Shown: positions 1 to 13,445, counted from the stretch's first letter. The stretch: 64,000 bases of DNA from Ginglymostoma cirratum (GCA_024137785.1 JAHRHZ010000024.1:28434342-28498341); one strand, 5' to 3'. Notes: generated by a model from the letters alone, not told the origin. Made by a program: numbers and translations.

Positions 1-418
1 GTGAGTGTTGAACAGGAAAGCTATCGCACACAGTACATTGAGTCAAATTGTTCCCTATGTTCCATTTATCAGCTGAATAATGTTGCATTCTGCACAACAC
101 CACTGGCCCTAGGCAATGCGATATGCTGTGACTCACAATCTAATTGTACATCCCACTATTTATATAACTCATTGTTTCATTTTTGTGTTTAAACAGAATA
201 CTCAGTGAATGCATTTATAGACTTCTCTCAAAGAACTTGTAATTAGTGACAAAATCCTCCTACTTCAGCAAGTCCCATTTAGATCAGGATTTTAGTTGCA
301 TGATGCAGCACTGAGTGCACTTTTAGTTTGTTTTGATGCTTAATTTTGAAACTCATTCAGCTTTAGATTTTCAAAGGAGAAAAACACACAGGACCATCAT
401 ATTTATTTCAATACTTAC

Positions 419-562
419 TTCATTGATGATTTCAGATAATTCTTTTAGTTTGAAATTTATTGCCATGAGTCTCACCTTCTTTCTTCTTTATCCCTCCTCT
501 GCAGCGTGCCACCATTCTTCAGTGAAATTTCAGAACATAGGCTCCTCTCTAATTGTCGCATC
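419..562 (-). pseudogene. Candidate exon of decayed minus-strand gene
   Basis: Acceptor ATATTCTTAG| at 563. Donors are AAG|GTGAGA (~476) and GAA|GTAAGT (418). Frame MRQLERSLCSEISLKNGGTLQRRDKEER is open to the first donor. The full 144-nt version has stops in every frame. Confidence 0.4.
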
Positions 563-2699
563 CTAAGAATATGTTAATGATGGTAATACTCTGACATCAA
601 CAGTCACATGCTATGCAGACTGAGAAGAGACGAAAAGAACTGTGCTGGAGAGCTGTAATCATTATTTGTACATTAGAATGTAATTTTTTTAAAAAATTCT
701 TAAGGCAATTCTTGAGAGTCAAACGACAGTGACTTTTAGATGAGGTCAGGGCTGAGATGCAGCAAACATAGAGATGGTCTAACTAAGTAGAGCAGTGTCA
801 AGAGTGCTGTGCAGACACCCAATGACCAAACCTTATATTCAGCAGAATCCATGAGAATACCACACAGTTATTCCAATAGAAGAAACCCAATCCATGGAGG
901 CAGCTCGAACCACTACACGGTGTCAAATGTTGAGCCTGGCCAGGAGTATTATGTTTTTCTCCTTCCTTGGAGACAGATGTCCTGAAATGACCATCAAGTG
1001 CTAGTCATTAGTCCAGCATTTCTGTATCCTCCAGTGGATAGGAAGGCATTCCAGTGGAATTCGATCCACACAGGCTCATTTTCTTGTCACAAACATTCAC
1101 ATAATTGATCTTAAGGAAAGCTTGCCATCACTTTGGCTAAGTCAAATATGGTCCTCTAGTTTCACTTAAAATCACAACAATCTTAAAACTTTTATGATTG
1201 AAGTTTTGAGTTCCCAAAACTACAATTTTCTTTCCCCAGAGGAAAACACAATTGTACTGAAATACTATGAACTGAAATGCCATTATTATGGGTTATTCTT
1301 TCCTTAGGCAAAGTATAAGTACTCTCCTAATGTTCACAAAGTTTTCGAGTTACTTTTTTTTTATTATGTAAACAGGATTGTTACAAACAGTCACTCTGGA
1401 ATTCCTTTTCCAAGCCTCTTGATTTTTTTTCCCCCTGCTATAAGATGTTACTTAAAACCTGCCTTTCTGATCCAGCCTTCATCATGTCCTGTCCTGATGT
1501 CATCTTCAGTGTCTTGACATCAATTTGTTGTCTGATTATTCTCCAATTGCACACCACAGGCCATTTAAACGTGATAAAAGTGTGATATAAATCATATTGT
1601 TCTTATTTCCAAAATTAGTAAAAAATGGGAAAAATAAGTGCAAAAGTAGTTTGATATTTTGGGAGATAGATGGCTGAATTACTAAATCTAGAATACAGGT
1701 AACTCTGGCTTTACATCACCACACCTTAATGCTACTTCATCTCAGGTCCTGATTATTGAAATGATATCACCATTTCCATATAACATTGGTGCGGGAGTGT
1801 TGTACATCAACGTACATCAGAATTATCTGACATTCAGACTAGGTTGGTGCCATCCTGGCAAATCTCAGAGGAATGTTTGACCGAATTGTTTTGTAAGAGT
1901 AGCTTTGCCTGCTTACATTGTCTTTCCCCACCTCCTGCACTGTCTTTTCTCCCCTGATTTGATCCCTCCGAACTTACCTCATTTCACCCTTGTGTTGGCC
2001 TTGTCACTCACCTTCTGTTCTTTCCTCACACCCTTGAGTCTGTTTTCAGCTGATCCCTTTTCCTGGCATCTGTTCTGAACACACATTGAAAACTCCATGC
2101 AGAAGCTGCAATTGGTTGGTGCATGAAATGCTGGAATTCAGCCATTCTCTGCACTACTAACATCTGCCAGTAAAGTCCTATCTAATCTAAAAATCAGATG
2201 AGTGTTTTTTTAAAAATATTGCCTACTGTATTGTACTTGTTTTACAGTCGGTGATGTATTATATTTTGCAATTTTTATAACAGTTATTTCAGCTAGGAAT
2301 TCATAATATTGTACTTGTATGTTATATTACAGTTACAAATAGTACATTGTTTTTGCGAGATGAGAAATGATTGAAGGAACTGAAGTCTAGCCTTTAAATT
2401 GATTCCTATGTATACCTATAATTCACTTAAAGTTATTCCACTTAAAGTCACAATTTTCAGGAATGCAATCACAACTTTAAGTGAGGACTCCCTGTAAAGT
2501 TAGGTTCAATAATGGAGACCATGTCAATTACCACATGCTGCTACTAGCAGGAGATCATGTGATATGTCATTGTCATCTCTCTTGCACTATTCTCACATAT
2601 CCACTCATCTGCAAAAAACTCTTTGATAATCATCATCAAACAATATCGTTCAACCCCTTTCTCTGCTGCCCTCTACTATTCTCTTTCAAAGAGCTCTCT

Positions 2700-4179
2700 G
2701 ATCAAATGGCTCAAATGCTGGTATTTACTTTTCTGGATGTCACTTCTTAGAGTTCTTTTTGGTTTGGCAATTTGAAGAACCTTTATTAGTCTCATGGTTT
2801 GTATATATAATTTTTAGCATACATCTTAATATCGATATTTCAAAGACTTTCTTTCATAGATATTTATTCATTGTCCAAGTTTCTGAAGTATACAGGTAAC
2901 TGGATAGAATATGCTATTTATGAAGTTTTTGTTACTTGTTACAAGCTTGAGATTCCTTGCTGATTACACATCCTTCATCTTCACAAAATGATCGCTGGTA
3001 ATCTCTATCATTTTTCTAACTTGTGCATCACATCCGACTTCTCCTGTTAATATTTGTCCTAAAGAAACAAACTTATCTCCTTGTAGCAGTGTGATGTCAT
3101 CCACTTCAAATTTTATCCTAGTTTCTTCCAATGAATTCCTTCTATCATTATTTTCGTCTTGTTGGTATTCATACTCAATCCATACACTAAACTTTTAGAA
3201 TTGTCTTAATCTATAATATTTTCTAGGCCTCCTGTGATTCTGCAGATATTGCTGTGTCATCAGCACACTAAAACTTTGCTATATTCTTGCTGCAAATTTT
3301 TACCCCCAGAATTACATCTAATGATCTGAATATTTGTTCTGTGCACAATTTGATTAATTTTAGAAATAGCACACAGACTTGTCCAACTCTTCTTAACTTG
3401 ATGCAAAGATGATTGTTCCTTTTCTTAACTGATGCTCACCTTTTGGTCCCGGTTTACCTCTGGATCAATCTCACATTCTTTGTTGTGAATGCTGCAGTTC
3501 AGCAACACGCCTATTAACTTTTATTGATAAACATAATTGAATGCTTTTCTCATAGTGCTTACATTTAAATGTGTTTGTTTACTTCTAGATATTTAGTTGA
3601 TTAAATGTTTGCACTATTGTTCCCATTGCATGAGGCAGTTAGTACCTGAAAGAGTTAACTGACACCATTGGATCTAAGCTGTACTCATCAGGTTACAAAG
3701 GACTGTTCTTCTGACAATCTATCTAGTTGTTGTTCTAAGTTGCAGACATTATTATCAATGTAGCTAACAATGTTGTGTACTGACTTTCAACTTGAGCCTA
3801 ACAGTCTCACAAAAGATTATCACGTAACCCAGATGCAATATAAATATTTATTAACCACTTTGTACTAAATGTTTACTAACTATCAAGATTAGGCACATCC
3901 TCTGCTGAAGACTTTATGTGACCATTCTCCCCCATATGATATCAGTAACTTAGCCTAATATCAATTAGAAGGATTGGTAGTGAATCAACCATGGCATCTT
4001 GGATAGTTCAAGTAAACACATCCACATGTACCATGCTGAAAAAAGTTCGTATTTCACCATACATACCTGTCCCTACTCAAGATCTGGAGCTTCTTTGTAC
4101 TCAGCAACTTCAAATCATTCTTTATGTTTGATATCATAATGCACTTTCCTCTTCTCAACATTGTGGGGATTCTCTCAAT
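2700..4179 (-). mobile_element. Ancient RTE-clade LINE, RT and C-terminal half (decayed)
   Basis: Minus translation gives RVGQVCVLFLKL...GVKICSKNIAKF*CADDTAISAESQE (GVRQGC...YADD equivalent) and LYTSETWTMNK...FEISILRCML, typical of the RTE C-terminus. Confidence 0.85.
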
Positions 4180-5095
4180 TTGGATCATCATAAAAAGATG
4201 GAGTACAGGAGAAAATTATAGCTGTAATAGCTGCTCTTTTTGGAGGTTTTTCCATTATTAGAGCTGAGTTGCTGGAATTCTTGGAGCAGAAATTACTGTT
4301 TTATAAGCTATTGCATTATTTTGAAATTTTGGGGAAATCAAAAGATCAAAACAGATGTACTTTCAAAATGGTTGGAATTGAGAGTGTAGGTGGGGGAGGT
4401 GAACAAAGGAGCACTTAAGCCACACAGCTGTCTGACCCAGCAGTGAACCCATACAGCTGTCTGACCCAGCAGTGATCCTGAACAGCTGTCTGACCCAGCA
4501 GTGAACCCGAACAGCTGTCTGACCCAGCAGTGAACCCAAACATCTGTCTGACNNNNNNNNNNCCTGACCCAGCAATGAACCCGAGCTGCTGTCTGACCCA
4601 GCAGTGAACTTGCACAGCTGCCTGAGCCAGCAGTGAACCCACACAGCTGCCTGAGCCAGCAGTGAACTCGAGTAGCTGTCTGGCCCAGCAGTGAACTTGC
4701 ACAGCTGCCTGCCTCTGCTGTTTAGTATCAAGTATCTCGGGACATTGGAGTTCATCTAAGAAAAATAAACAAACAGTGAAATTCACAACTGACCTTGGAC
4801 GGACATGTGGAGAACTGCTCACAGAAGGGGAAGAACCAAGTGTTTTTTTAAAAAGACTGACCTTATTTGTTTTTGTAGATCTACAATAGTTTTGTTTATA
4901 TGTTTATTGAGATGTCTCTATTGATTAAACCTTTTTAAAATATAAAACAAAGGTACTAAGTTACTTGAGGGCAGTGATTTTAGAGCAGTAAGGCTGTGCC
5001 ATTTTCTGGGTCTGTAGATTGTTAAGGTGCAAAGATAGCCTTTAGTAGAGTGATGTGGTCTTCCTGTCGATTGTGGGAGATTAGGGGGAATTTCA
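4180..5095 (+). mobile_element. CR1 LINE 5' UTR and ORF1 N-terminus (decayed)
   Basis: ~5035-5095 reads (I)AFSRVMWSSCRLWEIRGNF, resembling the CxxC-MWE start of CR1 ORF1. CTCAAT at 4174-4179 and 7261-7266 is a possible TSD shared with the 3' CR1 piece. Confidence 0.55.
4424..4712. repeat. 29-bp tandem array (ACAGCTGTCTGACCCAGCAGTGAACCCNN), about 10 visible units, with an assembly gap
   Basis: Unit starts at 4424, 4453, 4482, 4511 and 4540 (period 29). Ten Ns at 4553-4562. Confidence 0.95.
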
Positions 5096-5990
5096 ATAGA
5101 GTTGTTGGTTGGTTCGCCGAGCTGACTGGTTTCCATGCAAACATTTCATCTCCCTTCAAGGTGACATCTTCAGTGCTGTCTAGCCTCCGTTGAAGAGTTG
5201 TTGTTCTGTCCCACTATGAAATTATATGGTTCGGTCTGTCATGGTGGATAGTCCTGTTTCTGATTTTGCACCGTAGTAGGTTGTAGATGGGATCTATTTC
5301 AACATGTTTGTTTATCGCACCAATGGTTGAAAACCAGGCCTCCAGAAATTCTCATGCTTGTCTTGGTTTTCTTGTCCTAATACTGTAACTTTGTCCCAGT
5401 TAAACTGATGTCCTTCTGTGTCAGAGTGTATTGAAATGAGGGAGAGTTGGTCATGCTGTTTTGCTATGAATTGGTGTTCATGTATCCTGGTGCAAGTTTC
5501 CTGCCCATCTGTTCTATATAATGTTTCTCGCAGTAGCTGCATGGCATTTTGTATATCACATTTGTCCTGCTCATTGTGAGTATGGGGCCTTTATTCTTTG
5601 AGAGTAACTGGCTAAGTGTGGCTGTTGGTTTTTGTGATCGCATTATTCCAAAAGGTTGTAGGAGTCTTGTAGTCAGTTCTGATGTGTTTCTAACATAGGG
5701 TAGGATGGCTAGTGTGTTGGGGCATATAGTGTCTTCTTGGTGTTGTTTATTTGCTGGGCATTGACAGATGAAGCTGTTAGAATACCCATTGTTTGTAAAG
5801 GCTTTGTATAGGAGTTCCTCTTCGGTTTTGCATAGCTCCAGGTTTTTGCGTAGCTCCAGGTTTTTGCAATATGTTATTGCTCATTTAAAAAGAGTCTTGA
5901 CACAGCCCTGTCTGTGGACACTGGGGTGATTACTGTTGTAATTCAGGATTTGGGCTCTGTGTGTAGTCTTTCTGTATATGCTGGTAAGGA
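5096..5990 (-). mobile_element. Penelope-like element (Poseidon/Penelope type), 3' part: RT thumb, GIY-YIG and hammerhead-like tail
   Basis: SIYRKTTHRAQILNYNSNHPSVHRQGCVKTLF; NVIYKMPCSYCEKHYI; RIHEHQ...GHQFNWDKVTVLGQ. Minus strand 5173-5144 reads CTGAAGA-TGTCACC-TTGAAG-GGAGAT-GAAA. Confidence 0.9.
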
Positions 5991-7260
5991 ATGAATGTTT
6001 AGGGATAGTCAACTTGGCTTTGTGCATGGGAAATTGTATCTCACTAACTTGATTGAGTTTTTTGAGGAAGTGACAAGGAGGTTCATGAAGGCAGAGTGGT
6101 GGACGTGGTCTGTATGGACTGCAGTAAGGCATTTGACAAGATTCCGCATGGTAGACTGGTTGCCAAGGTGAGATCACATGGAATACTGTGACAACTAGTT
6201 GTTTGGCTATTTAACTGACTCGAAGGTAGGAGACACAGGGTGGTTCTGGAGGGTTGACTTTCGGACTGGATGCCTGTGACCAGCAGTGTGCCGCAAGGAT
6301 CAATGCTGGGTCCACTGCTTTTTGTCATTTATATAAATGATTTGTATGTGAACATAGGAGGTTTAGTTATTGACATTGCAGACAACACCAAGATTGGTAG
6401 TGTAGTGGATAGCCAAGAAGTTTGTCTCAGTGTACAACGGGGCCTTATTTAGATGGGCGGATGGGCCAAGGAGTTGCAGATGGAGTTTAATCCAGATAAA
6501 TGTGAGGTGCTGCATTTTGGAAAGGCAAATCAGGGCAGGATGCAAGCACCTAGTGACAAGGTCCTGGTGACTGTTGCCGAACAAAGAGACCTTGAAGTGT
6601 TCGTTCATACTTGTTAGAAAGTGGAGTGGCACGTAGGCAGAACAGTGAAGAGGGCTTTTGGTATGTTTGGCTCTATTGGGCAGTGCATTGAGCATAAGAG
6701 TTGGAAGGTCATGTTGTGGCTGTACAGGACATTGGTTAGGCCACTTTTGGAATACTGCATTTAATTATGGTCTCCCTGCTAAAGGACAGACACTGTGAAA
6801 TTTGAAAGGGTTCAGAAAAGATTTACAAGGATGATGCCAGGGTTGGAGGGTTTGAGCTATTGGCTGAATAGGCTGGGGCTATCTTCACTGGTGTGTCGGA
6901 GGCTGAGGGGTGACCTTATAGAAATTTATAAAATCATGAGGGGCTTGGATAGGGTGCACAGCCAAGGTATTTTCTCCAGGGTAGCGGAGTCCAAAACTAG
7001 AGGATATAGGTTAAGGTGAAAGGGGAAAGATTTAAAAGAAACTTGTGGGGCAACTTTTTCACACAGAGGGTGTAATGAACAAGCTGCCAGAAGAAGTGAT
7101 GGAGGCTGTACAAAAACAATACTTAAAAGGCATCTGAATGTTTCAAGGGAAATGGGCCAAACGATAACAAATGGGACTGAGTTAATTTAGGATATCTGGT
7201 CGGCGTGGACGAGATACCGAAGGGTCTCTTTCCGTGCTGTACATCTCTATGATTTTATGA
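5991..7260 (+). mobile_element. CR1 (HER1-like) LINE 3' half, decayed RT
   Basis: [47 protein letters not shown]. Ends in a TCTATGA-type microsatellite tail. Confidence 0.95.
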
Positions 7261-8460
7261 CTCAATAATTCATATGTATTCTCTATTTCATCTCTTTAAA
7301 CAATATTTTACAATCTGGTTCTTTTTTATGTAGCTACAACCTGTTGTTATCCATTTCTTTCCATTTGTCATGGATTTCACTTTCTGGTGCATTACTCTCA
7401 TTTTGTAATTTTATTCCAACTCCAATACTTCATCACACATCTCATTAGACCAATTCTCTTCGCTTGCCTACATGTATTTTTCATTTCTTTTTCAATTTTA
7501 TCATCAGGCGTGTTCCTTTTCTATCATCATTTCAAGTATCTCATCTGTCATCTATTTCTCGACTATCATTGTTTTCCATTTTAGTAATATTTTCCACTGC
7601 AGTATGTTGTATCCTCACTTGCATGTTTTTCCATTTGCTTTCTACTCATTGTTCTGAGAACTCTGTTTGTTCTGATTCCTCAATCCTAAGACATTCACAC
7701 CTTTCTTTTACTTTGAGAGTGAATGCCTCTCTGTTCTCATCTTCAATATGTCTCAGCCTAAATGATTGCACAGTTGTTTACTTTATTTTTGGTATTTTCT
7801 GTTTCAATGTAGTTTTTTGCCACAAGGAAACAATGATCGAAATTTGATGTGTGAATATTCTTCGATTTAAAAATGTTGTTTCACCATTAAATAATCTATC
7901 TGATTTCTGAACACATTGCCTGAATTTCTCCAAGTGCTCAGCACCTTTTTGCATGCTTAAAGTATGTGTTTATCACCATCAGACCATGTCTTGACAGCAG
8001 TGTATCAGTCATTCTCCTCCTTCATCTTTCAATCCAATGTTAATTAGATCAGCATGCATTCCTGGTGTCCCTTTATCCATTTTAGAGTTTAAGTGACCCA
8101 CTATAATCACCACATTACTAGAATAAACTTGATCATAACATTTCACGATGTCACCTTAAAATGCCTTTATTTCCTGATCATGTAATTTTTTTATTGGGGT
8201 TAAACTTGTACGCAAACCAGACCAAAAGGTTTTCGTTCAGTCTTGACCCTGATCACTTGAAAATTGGCCAGTAAATTGGAATTGATATATTGTATCCAAT
8301 GTTAACTAGCATTCTTACACCATTCCTATGTTTCTCAACTCCCAGAAAGTAAAGTAAATGATTTTTTAAAATTTCCATCTGACCAGGTTCTATCTAATTT
8401 CTGAAAATCCTAGTATGTCAAAAGTGTTTATCCATTACCTGTATGCAGTTATCAAGTGTT
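7261..8460 (-). mobile_element. Ancient RTE-clade LINE, APE endonuclease half
   Basis: Minus translation gives FDILGFSEIR, EKHRNGVRMLV, VVIIVGHLNSKM, GLMVINTYFKH, TWRNSGNVFRNQIDYLMV. Colinear with the 2700-4179 piece. Confidence 0.85.
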
Positions 8461-10094
8461 GACTGTTGTAAAAATCCTTCTCGTTCACAAAGGTCCTTTA
8501 GGAAAGGAAATCTGCCATCCTCAATTGGTTTTGTCTACATATGACTCTAGAACCACAACAAAAGATATACTCTATGATTCTGCATGAATCAGTATGGGAG
8601 TTTCACCAATTTTACAGCCTTAACCAAAGATTTGGGTTGAATAGCTACAGCAAAAGGAGGAGAAAAATAGACAGACCATCTTTGATAAATTAAGTAATAA
8701 ATTGATAAGCATTGATAGAAACTAAGTACCTAATTCCCTCTGGCAATGACAAAACAAAAGGAAGCTATCCACACAAGTTACAAAAGCTATTTGTTTTTAG
8801 GGTATCAAGGATCCTGTTCCCAAAATAGAACAAGCTTCAACAGAAATAGTTAAAGCCCCATTACTTCATAGCTTAACCAACCGTTAAAGTATTTCTACTT
8901 AAAATTTTCGTTATCATGACTACCATATCTGGTAGTCTAGTTTAGCTGGGGCTGCCAACTTAAATGTTTGCAGAATATGGATATTAGTTTGTGATGCCGG
9001 TAGGGTGATTGACGCTCAACGGTCCTCTGCAATAGCCGAACGAGCTACTTGATTCAAGAGCAATTAGGGATGGGCAACAGATTGCAAGCAACACGGACAT
9101 CCTATGAAAGAGAATAAAAAATTGCCACTTCCAGTTAAAAATATTGTTTTGCAATCAAACTTGGCAGAACCATAAAGAACTGGAATCCATTTATCAAAGT
9201 CAGAGAAAGAAGGTGAATGCTTCAAACCTCAGTGCACCAACCATCGAAAATTCAAAAGGTTGGGCTGTGTGAACCACTTGATAGCAAAGATGATCAAACT
9301 AACAAGCTCTCTATCTATCCAAATACAGAATATTTTAGTATGTACAGAATCTCTGGAGAGGATTTCCAGGTCACATCCAGGATGCGAACAGAGAAGGGCT
9401 TGAAGATTGCAGCATGCCCCAAGAGATGGACAGCTGATTAGATTCATCAAAAACCTTCTTCATGGTTATTTAAGGGCATTGATCTGGAATTTCCAGTCAG
9501 CATCCAATCTTTTGATGTAACAGCAAGGCTATTGAACAGTACAGCACACCAGGCAAGTCCACAGGCCCTCATTGGCCTATTTGGGCAGAGGTGCAGACAA
9601 AGGCTGCCCTCTAGAGAGCTCCCCCACCCTTCCCCAAATTCCCACAAAACACGGTGGCCTGGCCACTTTCTTCCTATTTTTAATTACATTTTGAAAAGAG
9701 TTGGTGAGGAGGCAACTTATTGCTGAAACACCTTCTCGGTTTCTTAACTGCTACATTGAAGTTGCAAAACTTTGAGTCACATTTTATTGGACAGGAAACC
9801 TGTCTCAATGCTAATTAAGAGGGCATCCCAATGAACGTTTTAAGTGGCTGTTTCTGCCTGGGCATGTTTGCAACCCAGAAACCATATCCATTTTCCTGTC
9901 CTCAAATCTAAATTTCAGTTCATTCTGGTCTCTTTTTCTCTTTCTGCCTTTCTTTCTCATCAAAGTATACAAAATTCATAGAGGATTCAATAGGCTGGAT
10001 CACAAAGGATGTTTTCCCTGAGTGGGGGTATTATAACAAGGAAGCGTAGTCTCAGATTAAAGAACTAAGCACATTAGGACTGAGATGAGGAGCA

Positions 10095-10181
10095 AAAAAA
10101 GAAGTTGCTGGAAAAGCTCAGCAGGCCTTGCAGCATCTGTGAAGAAAAATTCGGAGTTAACGTTTCGGGTCCAGTGACCCT
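10095..10181 (-). mobile_element. Short Penelope-like tail (family 2), truncated at the hammerhead core
   Basis: TGCTGGAAAAGCTCAGCAGG...GTTAACGTTTCGGGTCCAGTGACCC matches the copies at 15.9 and 17.3 kb. Confidence 0.75.
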
Positions 10182-11899
10182 GGCCTCATTTGACCGCTGA
10201 GCAGGAAAGGCTTTTACAGCACAGTGATAGTATCTCTTACTACTGGCCATCAGGCTGAATGGATCTCCCACCTCAGGGTGCAAAGCCCAGGAAGGTGTGT
10301 CACAACAAGCCCAATTTTAGAATACCAAAAATAAAATTGCAGCCTTGCTGGCTTCTGATTTAATTGGAGAGAGTCAGAATGATTGCAAACACTACCTGCC
10401 AGCCCTCCTAATTTTTATCAACACCAGCTTCACTCCTACCAACATCACTTCAGTTTCAATGGATTTAAATTCCATCCTTTGTTGTACGGGTTTTGAATTC
10501 TTACATCATCATACAAATTACTTTCACATTTATTCATCCTTCACATTATCCTTCTATACCACCTTTAATCCTCATTATCTATATTGCAGCTTTTAACAAC
10601 CGAACATTTTTCCCATCATAAATTTTATTTCATTCGCGATCTGAGATGAGACAGAATCTCAATTGCACTACTTAATGAAGAATTATAAATATTTTGTGGG
10701 CACCTGACTGAATATATTTTCATCTTCTACATTTGTCCTTAAGTGCTTTTATGTTGATGTGCTTTCCATTTGAATACTTATAAACCTAGCCTATGTAAGC
10801 TGGCTCTCATCTTTAAGTTAAAGAAGTTAAATCAAAGAAGTTAAATCTAACTTCTGTAAATCAGTGACAAACCTGCAGCTTTATTTTACCAGAGAAAGCA
10901 CCTTTTCTCCATAGGCAACCTGTAGCAGATTGGAAGTGCCACGCCATCTTGCTCAGGTAGCTCAGATCCCTCCCCCACAAATCCTTAAAGAGAAAATACC
11001 TAAATGGTTATGATATTTAGGGTGAGGCTCCCCTGTAATATTTCCTGGATCATGCTTTTATTTGGGTAGTGATCCCAGATTGTAGAGGATGTATGTTCTA
11101 TTTGAAGGAGTGATTGGTGACTCTGGACCTAATCAAATATCTAGCCAGAAACCTAACATTTGTGACAAAGGCCTTGACTTTCTGGCTATGCAAACCCCAC
11201 TCAGAGAGGAGTGCCCCAGAAGGTTAAATTTTCAGTTTAGGGTTGCAGGAATGCTTGTGCGTTGGGCTGGACCATGCTAGAATATGAATAGAGGCTGTTG
11301 ACTCTGCCTGTGGGTTAGGTGGGAGGCCTGCTTTGCTGCACTGTGTGGAAGATTTATAAAACTAATGCAAAAAACATGGCTCCACCCCTCAACACTCTTC
11401 TCTATCCACACCTTCGCAACACTTGACAACCCTGTGCCATCTATGACTGTCTACCCATCACCCTGATCCCTCATAACTCCCGTGTCATGCTATGACCCAA
11501 ACCCCAACTAGTGTCCCTTTGTAGCCCTTTATGTTATACACTGTGCCCAATTTCCTGATCTCTTTAAAGCCCCTATGTTAGTCAATGCCACTGCACCCAT
11601 CAACATGGCCTTTTATAATCCCTATATCAACTCAGTGCCAACTCATGCCAACCTCACCTAGCATCCTATGCCTTCCCTCATCATGCTGACTCACAGTATC
11701 CACCGTTGGCAAACCTGATGAGCCATGCTGATACAAGATAATGTGAATATTAATTTCATTACTGTTTAAAACAAACACTTTCCATGATTTAAAATAAAAC
11801 AGTACATTTAAAATTCCATCAACTAATCTCTGATGAAAACAAACAGATTAACTAATCACTTATCTCTTTTGTATGTTTCAAGGACCTTGTGTTATTGTG

Positions 11900-12450
11900 T
11901 CATAGAAATCTACAAAACAGAAAAAGGCCTTTTCGTCCATCGAGCCTGCACCAGTCAGAACGACCTCACAATTCTAATCCCATTTTCTAACACTTGGCCC
12001 ATAGCATTTTTTGCCTTGGCAAGTGTACATCTAAATACTTCTTAAATGTTATGAGGGTTTCTGCCTCCACCACCTTTACAGGCAGTGAGTTCCAGATTCC
12101 CACCACCCTCTGAGTGAAAATGTTTTCCTCATATCACCACTAAACCTCCTACCCCTTACTTTAAACCAATGCCCCTTGATCATTGACCCTCCACCAAGAG
12201 GATTTTCCTTTTCATGTTCACCCTATCTATGCCCCTTCCAATAATTTTATACATCTCAATCATGTCCCCTCTCAATCTCCTTTGCTCCAGTCTGTCCAAT
12301 CTCTGTTCGTAACTAAATCTCTCCAGTCCAGGCAACATCCTGATAAATCTCCTCTGCACTGTCTCCAGTGCAATCATATACCTTCTATAGTGTGGATTCC
12401 AGAACTGCACACAATACTCTAGCTGTGGCCTGACCAACATTTTATACTCT
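11900..12450 (-). mobile_element. CR1 LINE 3' fragment
   Basis: LVRPQLEYCVQFWNPHYRR...LETVQRRFIRMLPGL. Confidence 0.92.
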
Positions 12451-13322
12451 CTATCATTCCTTTTTTTTTGGTAAATGAACCTCCAAATAATATTTTCTAC
12501 ATTCAGTCCTACAAAAAATTAATGTTTTCCCTTTACATTGCCTTTGATAGCAGCAGCTGACAGTTGTTTTAAGCTGGTGGTGACAAAGGAGCTGCCCCAC
12601 CCAGGCTTGGTCCAGGCTAGAAGCCAAACACAAATATATATTGGGATCAAACTCTGGAACCCTGGCCAATGTGTGTTTGCTCCTTCCAGATATGGAAGTT
12701 TACCCTATACAAAACAAATTGCATTGACTGCACAAATGCTGTCATCCCTGCTAGATGCCCAGCTTACACTCCCTCTTATTCTCAGATAATGGTTCCTATT
12801 ATCTCCGAACTGCAGAGCTCAACTATTGCGTACCTAAGGCTTTATCTCTGCCTTACCCATACAGACTCTCCTACTTTGCAAGTGATTTAGCTCTGATACA
12901 TAACCCAAGTAAAGTACATTCCGGACTGTCAACTGGTGGTAAAATACAGAAATTAATAATCATTTGGGATATATTTTTCTTGACCTCTTACTGTAAATCC
13001 CATAATCTCCAGCAAGAAACCAAGCTCAAAGGAAGCAAAGGTTAGAGAGTTAGACTTGGCTGTTCTGACTTATTCCTTATCCAAGCTCACTTTGACTGGG
13101 AAAAAAAAACTAAAGACTGTGGCCTGGATTTCAGTGTAGGTTCATTAAAAAAAAAACGTGATTTGTGCACTTTTGTGACTTCCAGATGGCCCACGAGCCA
13201 TGCATAAATTAGTTCAGGGTCTTTGTTTTTATACATAGGTTTCAGGTTCACAGCGTAGTTAGCCAGCCACAATGGAATGTGAGAAGAGGGTGGGTGTAGA
13301 TAGGAGGCCCACCTCTTTCTCT

Positions 13323-13445
13323 AACACAATAGCTCAGCTCTCAACATCATTCTCCAACACAGTAGCTCAGCTCTCAACATCATTCTCCAGCACGTAGCTC
13401 AGCCCTCAACATCATTCTCCAACACAGTAGCTCAGCCCTCAACAT
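13323..13445. repeat. 33-bp minisatellite, about 3.7 copies
   Basis: AGCTCAG recurs at 13331, 13364, 13396 and 13429. Unit AACACAGTAGCTCAGCTCTCAACATCATTCTCC. Confidence 0.9.

Noticed and set aside
1972-2075. Two strong minus-strand donors (GTGAGT, GTAAGT)
   Set aside because: They appear to lie in an old dispersed-repeat-like segment with no convincing linked frame.
4424-4712. CRISPR-like repeat/spacer appearance
   Set aside because: The variable parts are only 4-6 nt, there are no cas genes, and the context is vertebrate. It is a minisatellite.
5830-5867. Tandem duplication of TAGCTCCAGGTTTTTGC
   Set aside because: Local slippage inside a dead Penelope copy.
9560-9920. GC-richer segments resembling 15390-15630 and 61310-61930 (possible ancient non-autonomous DNA transposons)
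   Set aside because: Too decayed to define TIRs or TSDs by eye, so not called.
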